Positions 17,880 to 26,800 of a stretch of DNA of 39,954 nt are shown one piece after another. Location of the stretch: IMG/VR virus record IMGVR_UViG_2563366978_000009, positions 1-39,954 of that record; one strand, 5' to 3'. The DNA is from a virus (taxonomy: Duplodnaviria; Heunggongvirae; Uroviricota; Caudoviricetes). Under the pieces are notes generated by a model. The model was not told the DNA's origin. It made no database searches and worked only from the letters and a program-made list of their open reading frames with translations. Every line of letters starts with the position of its first letter. Position 1 is the stretch's first letter. A program made the position numbers and the translations under genes.

Positions 17880-20344
17880 CAGAATCCCCCAACAGTAAGA
17901 CGAGGAATAACGGCAAGAACAGACAGCGGCAACGGGTCAAGCTGACGGATTCTTACACGTCCGTTTTTGCCCCAGTTACTGTCCAGTTTCACTTCTACTT
18001 TTCCGGTAGCGTCATCAACAGGATCATCGTAGAACTCGAATTCACGCTGTGGATATTCGTACCATTTACCGCCGGGCGTAGTCGCCCAGATGCCACGACT
18101 GGCATTCACAACCAGAGTAACGGACGGGATCACCTGTTTTTTGTCCAGCAGCGTTTCCTGTCCGTTAATGTTGATATCCAGTGTTTCGAATTCAGCAGTT
18201 ATTGGCAGGCCGATGTGCACTACAGCCCCAGGTGATTCCAGCGTGACGGCACCTCCGGAAACCACTTTCTGTGGTTCCACGTTCGCATCAGAGAGAATGT
18301 TTACGGTCTGGCCTTCAAGATGAGACAGGCCTCCAAATGTCCGGCGCGCCATCTGCCAGTTCGTGGTGGCCACATTCCTGAGGGATGGCGGGACGTTCCT
18401 GTTAGCACGAACCACTACAGCGGTATTGCTGGTTACAGAAATAATGTCGCAACGTAATTCTTTTGACACTTCAGTATCAGGATCAGTTCCGGTATAAGGG
18501 AACTGTAGTTGCGCGCCGACATCACTACTGGTGAAGTACGCACCACCAGAAACACTGATTGTATATTCCGCACGGTAATCCCATTCACCAGAACCACCAG
18601 TGATGGTCATCGTTCTGTCAGACGTATTTCTTCCATCATAGCTAAGGCCAGAATCAACAAAGAAAGCATCTTCATCGCTGGTAAATAAACGGCTGGACAG
18701 TCGCTCTATGTATCTCACTGTTTGCCCGTTAACGGTTCGGTTAACGACGAAATACACCGCATCTTCATTGCCTTCGCTGATACTGCATGTGCTTTCATAT
18801 TTTCCGGTACTGGATTGTGGTGCCCATGCAAAAACCTGCTGATCACGCAAATAGGTCATCACCAGTAATTTACCGTCATCACGAATGCAGAAGGCGCTGG
18901 AGTAAGGGACAATCGAGAAGCACCAGTCAACAATGCTGTGCTTCTGAAAAAGATGATTGGCAAGGATGGTCAGGTCGTTCCCCTGATAGCCGTCAACATC
19001 GAATGAGTAGGCCAGATCACGGACAACACTGCCTTTCTCCTGGACGAACAGAGCAATATTCGCCACGGCAATTGGTGGGACATTGCTCGAGCCATTTGAT
19101 CCCTGAGAGCTGAATGCAAATGATGATGGGGTAAGCACTTTGTTCTGGTCGCCAGTGATGACGTACTCACCTCCGGAAGTCAGCGCCACCAGCGAACCAA
19201 CATCAATCAGGTGACGGATCTCATTAACCTGACGCCCGGCATAGGTGTAGATAATTCTGTCGTCATCCTGCGTAGGATTGCTTTTGCCAAAATCCTTATA
19301 ATCCCCGGTACGGCTGGCCCAGATAGTCTGAGGGAACGCAGTCGATGCGGCGAAGTAAAGGCGTTGTTGATAATAAACAACAGTGCCAGGATAACCGTTA
19401 ATACTGTTCCAGGCATATTTAGCCCATTTATAGCTGGCATTATCCTCGCCAACTACCTGCGAAGGGATATAGGAAATCACCTCGGCAGTTGCAGTAGTTC
19501 CATTTGCAGCAGAGATACGGGCAATGCCAAAACCACTGTGCAGATACTCCCACTCAATGCCGGTATCATCATCACCGGATCCGCCCCAGCCATCCCATGA
19601 TGTGCCTTCTGTATGCGAAGGGCGCAAAGTGCCTGTTTTGCCTGCTGTAACGGCGCGATAGTAGTTACTGTCTGCACGGCGAATATCGCCAATCGACGTA
19701 CTCTTACTGGTTTCCCATACCGGCACAGAATCCACTGCAGGCTGTTCCAGATAGAACAATTTGCCTACCTGCTCCGCGCCAAAAATTGAGGCGCTTGCCG
19801 TTAACGTAATTGTCCCGGTGCTGGCGCTGGCATAAACCGTCACTGACTCGTCAATATTGATATCTTCAAATGGCCCGTTCTTCGTTACCACATCAACCAG
19901 TTGCCAGTTGTCATGCGCATAGCGGCGCAACTCTTTCGGCGGGTATGCCGGATGAACCAGCGTAAGCACGTCTGCGCTTTGCGTGAATTTAATTCGGAAC
20001 AGATCGGCTTCAGTATATGGCGTGGCAATTTCATAAATAACATTGCTGCTGTTCAGCACCAACGCACCATCTTTGATAACGCGCATGTACTGGTGTCCGA
20101 ACTCCAGAGCATAGGTCTGAACCGTCGAGAACTGGAACGGGATCAGGCGGCATTTCCGATTTGGGTATTTGGCGGCACCGACAAAACGCGTACCAGGTCG
20201 ATTCTCAACGCCGCCATACTGCCGCACGATAAAGTTATCGCACTTGCGCAATGCCACCTGGTACTTCGCCATGTCGATACGACCGTACAACGACGGTCCA
20301 ATCTCACCACCGGCAAAGCTGGGCTGGATCCAACTGATAGCCAT
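17879..20344 (-). CDS. Tail tubular protein B, T7 gp12-like
   Basis: 821 aa; N-terminus MAISWIQPSFAGGEIGPSLYGRID follows the gp12 pattern (I.Q....GG...P); follows the gp11-like gene. Confidence 0.6.
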   Translation of the reverse strand: MAISWIQPSFAGGEIGPSLYGRIDMAKYQVALRKCDNFIVRQYGGVENRPGTRFVGAAKYPNRKCRLIPFQFSTVQTYALEFGHQYMRVIKDGALVLNSSNVIYEIATPYTEADLFRIKFTQSADVLTLVHPAYPPKELRRYAHDNWQLVDVVTKNGPFEDINIDESVTVYASASTGTITLTASASIFGAEQVGKLFYLEQPAVDSVPVWETSKSTSIGDIRRADSNYYRAVTAGKTGTLRPSHTEGTSWDGWGGSGDDDTGIEWEYLHSGFGIARISAANGTTATAEVISYIPSQVVGEDNASYKWAKYAWNSINGYPGTVVYYQQRLYFAASTAFPQTIWASRTGDYKDFGKSNPTQDDDRIIYTYAGRQVNEIRHLIDVGSLVALTSGGEYVITGDQNKVLTPSSFAFSSQGSNGSSNVPPIAVANIALFVQEKGSVVRDLAYSFDVDGYQGNDLTILANHLFQKHSIVDWCFSIVPYSSAFCIRDDGKLLVMTYLRDQQVFAWAPQSSTGKYESTCSISEGNEDAVYFVVNRTVNGQTVRYIERLSSRLFTSDEDAFFVDSGLSYDGRNTSDRTMTITGGSGEWDYRAEYTISVSGGAYFTSSDVGAQLQFPYTGTDPDTEVSKELRCDIISVTSNTAVVVRANRNVPPSLRNVATTNWQMARRTFGGLSHLEGQTVNILSDANVEPQKVVSGGAVTLESPGAVVHIGLPITAEFETLDININGQETLLDKKQVIPSVTLVVNASRGIWATTPGGKWYEYPQREFEFYDDPVDDATGKVEVKLDSNWGKNGRVRIRQLDPLPLSVLAVIPRLTVGGF

Positions 20345-20952
20345 CAGGACAACCTCGCAATGGTAAACTCGTCAACCGGTGGCTGTGGTTCCTGTGATTC
20401 ATTCTGGCTATGCGAGCCAGCACTAAGAATCACGCGATTGTACATATTGAGGGCAAACGTACCGAGGTCTGCATTCCCAGTCAGCGCCATGTTAATAGCT
20501 GCCGCAAGACGCCAGGCCAACGCCTCCATAAAAATGGCATCAAACATGTTCACATCTGAAACGCGAGAGACATACTTGAGCCATGCCTGAGGCTGGTCTG
20601 TGTAGATCAACTTTCCTGTTCCGTTGGTGTCTGCACCAACTTCGTACTGAACGCGCATTGATGCTGTTGGATTGCGTACACCAGGAAGCATAATTTCAGT
20701 AATGCGCAGACAATCTGACGGGTACTGGTACGCATATTCCCAGTCAGGCGGTGGATTGCTCGTATCTGCAAGCGCCACGCGTTTGGTAGCAAAGTTCCAG
20801 TCAAAATCAGAAAGCACAGCATCACGGCAGGCCTCAAAGTGCAGCGAACATTCCCCCGCTTCCTTGCTGGCTTCCGTCAGGCTGTTAATGCTGCGGCTGT
20901 TGCCAATATTGGACAGCGCACGATTGCAGATCTCTACTACAGAGGCCATCAC
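20344..20952 (-). CDS. Tail tubular protein A, T7 gp11-like
   Basis: 202 aa; N-terminal pattern ICNRALSNIG...SLTE resembles gp11 (ILASIGEPPVSTLE); start overlaps upstream stop. Confidence 0.55.
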   Translation of the reverse strand: MMASVVEICNRALSNIGNSRSINSLTEASKEAGECSLHFEACRDAVLSDFDWNFATKRVALADTSNPPPDWEYAYQYPSDCLRITEIMLPGVRNPTASMRVQYEVGADTNGTGKLIYTDQPQAWLKYVSRVSDVNMFDAIFMEALAWRLAAAINMALTGNADLGTFALNMYNRVILSAGSHSQNESQEPQPPVDEFTIARLS

Positions 20953-21278
20953 TCACCTCCGTTACCGTACAGAGTTTCAGCCGCTGATTTTTCTACATCA
21001 CCGGAAACAGGAGCGATCGCCATATCAGTGATCTGCAGATCGGCGCTGCGATTAACGCCATCGTCAGTTTCTCTGGCAGACAGGCCTCGAATAACAGCCT
21101 TTGCAGTTATCATCACTTCTGTTCCGACGCCCTGAGGTTGCGCCTTCAGCTTATTCAATGTGTCGTTATTCAGCGTGATGCACAGCCCCCACGGGTATTC
21201 ATCGCGAGTTCTGGTTTCTCCGCTCTCATCCTGGTAGCTGTCAGTGCCGGTTTTGAGGTTTACGAGTTCCATATACAC
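20949..21278 (-). CDS. Hypothetical head/neck protein
   Basis: ORF in the capsid-to-tail interval; likely start MELVNLK at 21272 with GGAG RBS. Confidence 0.45.
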   Translation of the reverse strand: MYMELVNLKTGTDSYQDESGETRTRDEYPWGLCITLNNDTLNKLKAQPQGVGTEVMITAKAVIRGLSARETDDGVNRSADLQITDMAIAPVSGDVEKSAAETLYGNGGE

Positions 21279-21288
21279 TCCTGCAATA

Positions 21289-21306
21289 AAGGGGCCGAAG
21301 CCCCTT
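21289..21306 (-). terminator. Intra-operon GC hairpin with UUCG loop
   Basis: AAGGGGC CGAA GCCCCTT between two late genes; reads as a UUCG tetraloop on the transcribed strand. Confidence 0.35.
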
Positions 21307-21322
21307 GTCTCATCCGCGAGGC

Positions 21323-21667
21323 TTACACGCCCAGTTCTTTACGCTTATCTGCGATCTTCTCGCGGAGCGTTTCTGCTTTGGCGTTATGGTGTGGCTTCTC
21401 GTTAAAGAGCAATTCGTACTCTTCACGGAGCTTATCCAGTTCACCATCATCTGACACATCGTTGATGATTTTGGTGCTGGTTGCTGCCATAGACACCTTT
21501 CCTGCTACCTTTGCTTTTGCCTGTCTGGCTGCATCGTTAACAGGTTCCAGTGCGCTACCAGGCTCACCTTCGTATTCGATTTCTGCCCCCTCCGGCCACA
21601 GAGTGTTATGGATATGAGAGAGGCGCAGAACGCGGTATCTTGGTTTCTCACCTGACATCAATATCAC
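21323..21667 (-). CDS. Hypothetical head protein
   Basis: 114 aa ORF in the late operon; charged C-terminal half. Confidence 0.45.
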   Translation of the reverse strand: MILMSGEKPRYRVLRLSHIHNTLWPEGAEIEYEGEPGSALEPVNDAARQAKAKVAGKVSMAATSTKIINDVSDDGELDKLREEYELLFNEKPHHNAKAETLREKIADKRKELGV

Positions 21668-21668
21668 C

Positions 21669-22106
21669 TTAACCAGTTACTTTTGAGCGGATCGGATACG
21701 GCGTATTGGCATCAACATCAAGATTGATACCCGCAGTGAATTTGCCAGCCGTTAGTGGGCCAGTTGCGACGGAGTAGTTAACACGCAGATATCGCTGAAC
21801 ACCGGCTGGCACCTTTGCAGAAACAACTCGCTTACCTGCTGTCAGGGTGGCCTTTGCCAGTGCGCCACTATCATAAATAGTGGACCATGAGCTGTTATTC
21901 TCACTCGTCTGCAACTGGATGTTTACAGTTGCCTCACCACTTGCCGTGGCGGCTTCGTTAACCAGCGCCCAAAACTCAAGCGGGTAACCCACACCGATAT
22001 CGCGACGGTTTCCGTCAATTGGACCGAGATCGATTACGTCAGTAGAAGCCGCGGTATTCGTAACCGCCTGAGCTTCGGAGAACATCAACAGTTTGTCGGT
22101 GATCAT
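21669..22106 (-). CDS. Hypothetical head protein (possible decoration protein)
   Basis: 145 aa, immediately downstream of the major capsid gene; GGAG RBS. Confidence 0.45.
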   Translation of the reverse strand: MITDKLLMFSEAQAVTNTAASTDVIDLGPIDGNRRDIGVGYPLEFWALVNEAATASGEATVNIQLQTSENNSSWSTIYDSGALAKATLTAGKRVVSAKVPAGVQRYLRVNYSVATGPLTAGKFTAGINLDVDANTPYPIRSKVTG

Positions 22107-22123
22107 CTTCTTTCTCCATTAGT

Positions 22124-22142
22124 GGGTCTGTTACGACCCACA
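22124..22142 (-). terminator. Hairpin directly after the major capsid gene
   Basis: GTGGGTC GTTAC GACCCAC between the capsid stop and the next RBS. Confidence 0.35.
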
Positions 22143-22157
22143 GGTTAATAACAGGCG

Positions 22158-23150
22158 TTACACCACGCGGGCTTCTGTTTCCAGAAGTGCGTCAGTTTCG
22201 CGAATCGGCACACCACGAAGTTCTGTCCACCATTCGCCTTCTGTCTCTTTCACGCTGATCGCCAGAGAACTCTTCTCCAGAGATTGCAGGTCAAGCACTT
22301 CGTTAATGGTTCTGTTCATGTAGAAAATAGGACGTCCCATCCCACGATTTGGGATTCGATGAAGGGCACGAATCATCAGTTTTGCGATATTCGCAGCAGT
22401 AGAAGGAGCGTCAAGATTGCTGACATCGATGTTTGCAATGCGAACAACATAGCGCCAGTCACGCAATGTCAGCCCGTTGTCCCACTTATAATGGGTACGA
22501 TAACCTTCGTACTTGCCGCCATTAGCATCTTCCAGTGTCACCTGGCCTTTATCTTCCATCTGGATGCCAGCCTTCTGCCCTTTCGGGAAGATGCCATGCA
22601 CGGTGTTTTCGCCCCACACCACTAACCAGATTGAAGTGTTATCTGTACCCGTGCCACCAGCATCAATGATGTTCTGAGCATTACCCGCAGACAGGCTGGA
22701 ATAGCGGGAGGACAGTCCCATAAACTGCTGAGGGTTAACGCTGGAATCACCGTAAAACAGCGTCTGCGCCATCGCCTGATTCATCGCTTCAATAAATGCT
22801 CGGTCTTCAGACAGGCGGAATTCGGCAGTATTACCGTTCAGATCAGCCAGAGACTTATCGACTTCAGCATAGGTTTCCAGCATGCCAATGGAATCAGTGA
22901 CCTGCACCGTTGTTGATTTGCTCGGTTGTACGCCATAGTTCAGCAAACGCCAGGTAGCGGAAGGCAAACCAGAACGAATGGTGGTTCGGTGTCCGGTAGG
23001 AAGGTTTCCTTCAACAAAAGGCATATCCTGAAGGATTGGGTTGGTTTGACTGAGAAGCTCGATAATCTTATCGACTTTCCCGTTTGGATCGACGCGCTTA
23101 CCCCAGTCAGCCAGCGTTAGCGCAGTTAAGCCTTTAACAGCCATTGTCAT
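22158..23150 (-). CDS. Major capsid protein
   Basis: 330 aa, directly downstream of the scaffold-like gene and followed by an attenuator hairpin; assigned by position and size. Confidence 0.6.
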   Translation of the reverse strand: MTMAVKGLTALTLADWGKRVDPNGKVDKIIELLSQTNPILQDMPFVEGNLPTGHRTTIRSGLPSATWRLLNYGVQPSKSTTVQVTDSIGMLETYAEVDKSLADLNGNTAEFRLSEDRAFIEAMNQAMAQTLFYGDSSVNPQQFMGLSSRYSSLSAGNAQNIIDAGGTGTDNTSIWLVVWGENTVHGIFPKGQKAGIQMEDKGQVTLEDANGGKYEGYRTHYKWDNGLTLRDWRYVVRIANIDVSNLDAPSTAANIAKLMIRALHRIPNRGMGRPIFYMNRTINEVLDLQSLEKSSLAISVKETEGEWWTELRGVPIRETDALLETEARVV

Positions 23151-23158
23151 TTCCTCTC

Positions 23159-23860
23159 TTATTTGCCATAGAGCACTTCGGCCGCACTACGCTGGCCTTC
23201 ATTACCACCGGTGACCATGCCATCTTCAGACATCGCCTTTCCGATTTTCACGAACGTTTTGACCAGATCAGGGTGATTACCCAGCCCGGTGGTGTTCAGA
23301 TATTCTTTGAGTTCAGGTGTCCCGAACTGGTCAAGCGCACGCTGTGCGGCGCTGAGGTTAGAAATTAACTTGTCGCCACCGATTTCTTTGTCAGCTTTTA
23401 CATCAGCAGCCCACTGCTCGGTTGTTTTCTGCCAGGCTTCTGCCTGGCGCTGCTGCACACCTCCCAGAATCTTCGGATAAGCATCAACCAGCTTTTGCGC
23501 TTGCTCGTTGGTCAGGTTAAGTTCTCGCGCCACCGGCTCGAATTCCTTTAACGCTTCTGTATCCAGCTCTACGCCTTCGGCAGCCTGAAACTCGTACTTC
23601 TCCGGCGCACCATCCGGTTTATCGCCGTCCTTTTTTTCACCCTGCTTATCGCTTTCAGGCTTTTTGTCATCAGCAGGTTTATCGCCATCAGCAACAGGTT
23701 GCGGCTTATCACCTTCTTGTTGTGATGGATCACCAACTGGAGCAGGGGTATCACCTGCAGGCGCTGACGGTTCTGACGCAGCCGGAGCTGCTCCACCATC
23801 GACTGGTTGCTCATTGCAAAGACGGCGATACAGCAAACGCTCAAATAAACTCATGATCAC
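23159..23860 (-). CDS. Scaffolding protein
   Basis: Acidic Pro/Asp/Lys/Glu-rich low-complexity N-half with a helical C-half; between portal and capsid; start probably MSLFERLL. Confidence 0.55.
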   Translation of the reverse strand: MIMSLFERLLYRRLCNEQPVDGGAAPAASEPSAPAGDTPAPVGDPSQQEGDKPQPVADGDKPADDKKPESDKQGEKKDGDKPDGAPEKYEFQAAEGVELDTEALKEFEPVARELNLTNEQAQKLVDAYPKILGGVQQRQAEAWQKTTEQWAADVKADKEIGGDKLISNLSAAQRALDQFGTPELKEYLNTTGLGNHPDLVKTFVKIGKAMSEDGMVTGGNEGQRSAAEVLYGK

Positions 23861-24153
23861 TCCTGTTCACTGGCCTCTTTGGCCATCTTCAAATACTGTT
23901 CAGGGCAATGCGCCATAACGCGCTGAAACAGTTCCAGCGCCAGATTGCGTTGCCCCTCATTAAATGCCATTGCCATAGCATCCATCGGAGAGATAGCGGA
24001 AAACACCCGGCCTTTCTCCAGCACAGACCAGACAACGCGACGCCCCTGTTCACTGCTCATGACAAAGCGAATGTCATCAATTTCACGCTGTGCCATGTCA
24101 CGTTGCTTACGGGCGTTTTCTTCTTTCAGTTGATCGTCTTCGTAATCTGTCAT
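23857..24153 (-). CDS. Hypothetical small acidic head-assembly protein
   Basis: 98 aa; ATGA-type overlaps with the portal stop and scaffold start. Confidence 0.45.
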   Translation of the reverse strand: MTDYEDDQLKEENARKQRDMAQREIDDIRFVMSSEQGRRVVWSVLEKGRVFSAISPMDAMAMAFNEGQRNLALELFQRVMAHCPEQYLKMAKEASEQE

Positions 24154-25829
24154 TGTGATTGCCCACCCTGACCACTAACTGCATTCGCCATAGCTGACAA
24201 AACACTCGGATCCGAAGTTTTAGCTTCGCTTAGCGTCTTGGCACCCTGTGCCGCCGCCATCCCCATCTCCATCATTTGTTGCTGCTGTTGTTGCTGTGCC
24301 CGTTGCTGGCGAGCCTGCTCAACCTGTTCCTGCGGAACAATGACGGTTGGAGACACTCCGGACATATCAGCGAATGCATCGATCGCCTGATCAACGTTGA
24401 GTTTGTCGAGAGCTTCTGGTTTCGCTTGCGCAAGTTGACCAATGAAGTTGACCGTAGACGCCAGACTGGACAGGCCGATAGACTTCTGCGCCTGAGCCAT
24501 GACGGAAATGTATTCGACCTTCAGGGGCATACCTTCCATCGCGTCAGGCGGTGGCGGCAGCATGTTTTTACGCACCATCATCGAGAAAGCGCGGTCAATG
24601 AGAGGATTAAGACATTCGTCGTTCAGACGCTCCAGAACCGGCCCCAACATCAGAAGTTTTTCTTCTTTCATTTCGATCACCGCTTCAACAGGCATCGAGC
24701 GGGTATTGATGTTCTGCAACATCATGAACAGATCGACAAAGTAGGCGCTGTTAATGATTTGACGAGTGTCCTGAATGTCTGCCACCAAATCTGCTGTACT
24801 GGGGTTAACCAGATAAGCAGGCCTGAAGCCATCCTGACCAGTAATCTGATCGATATACGTGATGTCGCCAGGAAGAAGGGAGGCGCGCTGATTCTTGAGG
24901 GAAGTCGGAGCAACCATCGGCGGATTGGTGGCTTTATCAATCAACTGCGACTTGCGCTTCTGGAGAAGCTGCAATGCCTTAACAGGTCCAAGCGCCAGCA
25001 TACCCGGGCATGATGATCCATAAACATCTTCGCCATTAACTTCCCAGCGCGGAGCCATAATTGGAAACTCATCGAATCCGGACTCACGCAACAACTTGTC
25101 GTTATCTCCACCAACCTCGTAATAAACCGATTTGAATGGCTTGTTCTTGCTATCCAGCTTCGATGTATCGCGGTCAATGTTCGGGTAAACCGAATGCATC
25201 ACTTCAATCCACTTCTCGTAGGTGCCGCTTTCCCACATGCTTTTTACGGATTCGCTGACGTTATTTAGCCCGAACTCCTGAACAAGCTGACGAACAGTCA
25301 TAGAGAACTTGCGAAAACAGGTGTCAACACTGCCACGAGGTGAGTTAGCCAGGTAGTAACTGCCTATCGGGAATGGCATTGTGCGAATGATGTCCTCGTC
25401 ATCCTCCAGCACTGCCATTGCACCAGTGCTGTATGTGCCGAGGCTTCCGTATAACTGCGGAAGAGACTGGTAGAGATTCGACTTATTGAACATATCGTTC
25501 ATGCGGTTCTGAACTGCCTCAAGCCACAACTTAACAGGGCCATAATCCATCATTTCAGGATCTGGCGTAGCCAGGCGAAACCACGGACGCGCGGGGCTTG
25601 TGATGCCTGACATCATGCCGCTGGCGAGAGTGCGCGCCGCCATAGTCCCGGTCGAATCAATAATGCGTGTATTGCGCCGATCGTTACGGTTGACCTCAGA
25701 AGTCAGAAAGCGGGAACCACGCGGGTTGATGTAATCACTCAACTCGCGCCAGTGCGGCTCGAACGACTGACGCTCGCTTTCAAGTTGTGCGAACTGTTTG
25801 TTCAATCGCTCTTTAGTTGTTTCCGCCAT
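24150..25829 (-). CDS. Portal protein, T7 gp8-like
   Basis: 559 aa, downstream of the large terminase; Gln-rich C-terminus (QARQQRAQQQQQQQMMEMGMAAAQGAK) resembles the gp8 C-terminus as recalled. Confidence 0.7.
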   Translation of the reverse strand: MAETTKERLNKQFAQLESERQSFEPHWRELSDYINPRGSRFLTSEVNRNDRRNTRIIDSTGTMAARTLASGMMSGITSPARPWFRLATPDPEMMDYGPVKLWLEAVQNRMNDMFNKSNLYQSLPQLYGSLGTYSTGAMAVLEDDEDIIRTMPFPIGSYYLANSPRGSVDTCFRKFSMTVRQLVQEFGLNNVSESVKSMWESGTYEKWIEVMHSVYPNIDRDTSKLDSKNKPFKSVYYEVGGDNDKLLRESGFDEFPIMAPRWEVNGEDVYGSSCPGMLALGPVKALQLLQKRKSQLIDKATNPPMVAPTSLKNQRASLLPGDITYIDQITGQDGFRPAYLVNPSTADLVADIQDTRQIINSAYFVDLFMMLQNINTRSMPVEAVIEMKEEKLLMLGPVLERLNDECLNPLIDRAFSMMVRKNMLPPPPDAMEGMPLKVEYISVMAQAQKSIGLSSLASTVNFIGQLAQAKPEALDKLNVDQAIDAFADMSGVSPTVIVPQEQVEQARQQRAQQQQQQQMMEMGMAAAQGAKTLSEAKTSDPSVLSAMANAVSGQGGQSQ

Positions 25830-25843
25830 TTCAATGACTCCGG

Positions 25844-26050
25844 TTACTGACCAAGTAGCGTTTTACCGCTGGTATTAGCGGTTGATGTGTCGCCCTGAGA
25901 ACCGGTAAGCAGCGTAGAACTACGACCAGCAGCAGCGCGACGGCGACGTGTTTCTTCGTCGCGAGCATCAACAACGGCGGCATCCTGCTCCTGTGGTGCT
26001 GCCTGAACTTCTGGTGTTGCAGGCACTGATGGTGAGCTACCCATGCACAT
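25844..26050 (-). CDS. Hypothetical small protein upstream of portal
   Basis: 68 aa, GGAG RBS; Ala/Pro/Glu-rich; could be spurious. Confidence 0.3.
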   Translation of the reverse strand: MCMGSSPSVPATPEVQAAPQEQDAAVVDARDEETRRRRAAAGRSSTLLTGSQGDTSTANTSGKTLLGQ

Positions 26051-26118
26051 ATCAATGACTCCGTACGCAATTAAATTATTACCAATTTAACCACATATGA
26101 TTTATTTATCGTAGATAG

Positions 26119-26155
26119 TTGACATTTAACGCACAAATTATTACCTTTCAGGTAA
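26119..26155. promoter_or_regulatory. TTGACA -35 element followed by operator palindrome TTACC-N5-GGTAA (perfect, 26141..26155)
   Basis: TTGACA at 26119..26124; TTACCTTTCAGGTAA 17 nt downstream; candidate promoter for the plus-strand tRNA island. No clear -10. Confidence 0.45.
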
Positions 26156-26477
26156 GTAAAGGATTCATTCCGGTTATTAACCTGACTGGCTTGTCGTTAA
26201 ATTGAACAGGTGGAGTGAGCTTTTATTTTGAGCAGTACGGCGTATGGCACATGCGCCGATAGCGGTCTGGATACGTTTAAGGGGCACCCTCCCTTGCTCG
26301 GGCAAACGAACCAGGTAGCCGGAATGTGCAAGTCGAGCGGTTTTATTCCGCGCACGGGGATTCACCATCCCGGCGATTCGGTGTGACGCCTCGGAAGAGA
26401 CGAGGGTACAACGATGAGAGCATTTATGGAGCCGCGACAAAGTGTGGTGCCTTAACAGGCTAAGTGCTCTCAGCGTT

Positions 26478-26554
26478 GTGGCATTAGCTCAGTTGGACAG
26501 AGCAACCGCCTTCTAAGCGGTTGGTCGCAGGTTCGAATCCTGCATGCCACGCCA
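26478..26554 (+). tRNA. tRNA-Arg (anticodon UCU), phage-encoded
   Basis: Hand-folded cloverleaf: acceptor GUGGCAU/AUGCCAC, D-arm GCUC-AGUUGGACA-GAGC, anticodon stem ACCGC/GCGGU with loop CUUCUAA, T-arm GCAGG-UUCGAAU-CCUGC, discriminator G, encoded CCA. Confidence 0.9.
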
Positions 26555-26597
26555 GAATCACGCCTAAGGACCGTGATGCCAGAAGTTCCAGGGGCTT

Positions 26598-26639
26598 GGC
26601 GGTGATGGTTTCCCTTGAAGGACTATCACCGCCCTTTTT
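26598..26639 (+). terminator. Hairpin plus T-run downstream of the tRNA
   Basis: GGCGGTGAT / ATCACCGCC 9-bp stem, 18-nt loop, then CTTTTT. Confidence 0.45.
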
Positions 26640-26717
26640 ACAGCAGGACGCCATTGCGATGACTTCATGCTGTAAACCAGTACAGCCACGGAAGGCATAA
26701 CTCATTGCTTCCAGTTC

Positions 26718-26741
26718 GCCCGGTTCGCCGGGCATTTTTTT
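26718..26741 (+). terminator. Rho-independent terminator
   Basis: GCCCGG TTCG CCGGGC followed by A and seven T. Confidence 0.7.
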
Positions 26742-26757
26742 GCTTGATGACCGCAAA

Positions 26758-26772
26758 TTACCTTAAAGGTAT
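26758..26772. promoter_or_regulatory. Operator palindrome TTACC-N5-GGTAT (one mismatch) fused to a TATAAT -10
   Basis: TTACCTTAAAGGTATAAT; TATAAT at 26770..26775. Confidence 0.5.
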
Positions 26773-26800
26773 AATCATGAAAAACTTCAAGGTAATTAGC

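Noticed and set aside
24276-25013. 245-aa plus-strand ORF antisense to the portal gene (similar cases at 19211..19600, 5148..5552, 1748..2404)
   Set aside because: Shadow ORFs wholly inside well-supported genes on the other strand; His/Arg-rich composition typical of antisense frames.
26177-26440. 87-aa minus-strand ORF upstream of the tRNA
   Set aside because: No RBS, highly basic low-complexity product, lies in the GC-rich leader of the tRNA; more likely noncoding.
26478-26554. tRNA-Arg as the prophage integration target
   Set aside because: Phage genes lie on both sides (portal left, terminase right). Host-type genes and the guaA remnant are at the far left of the window. The acceptor stem differs from the host argU sequence as I recall it.
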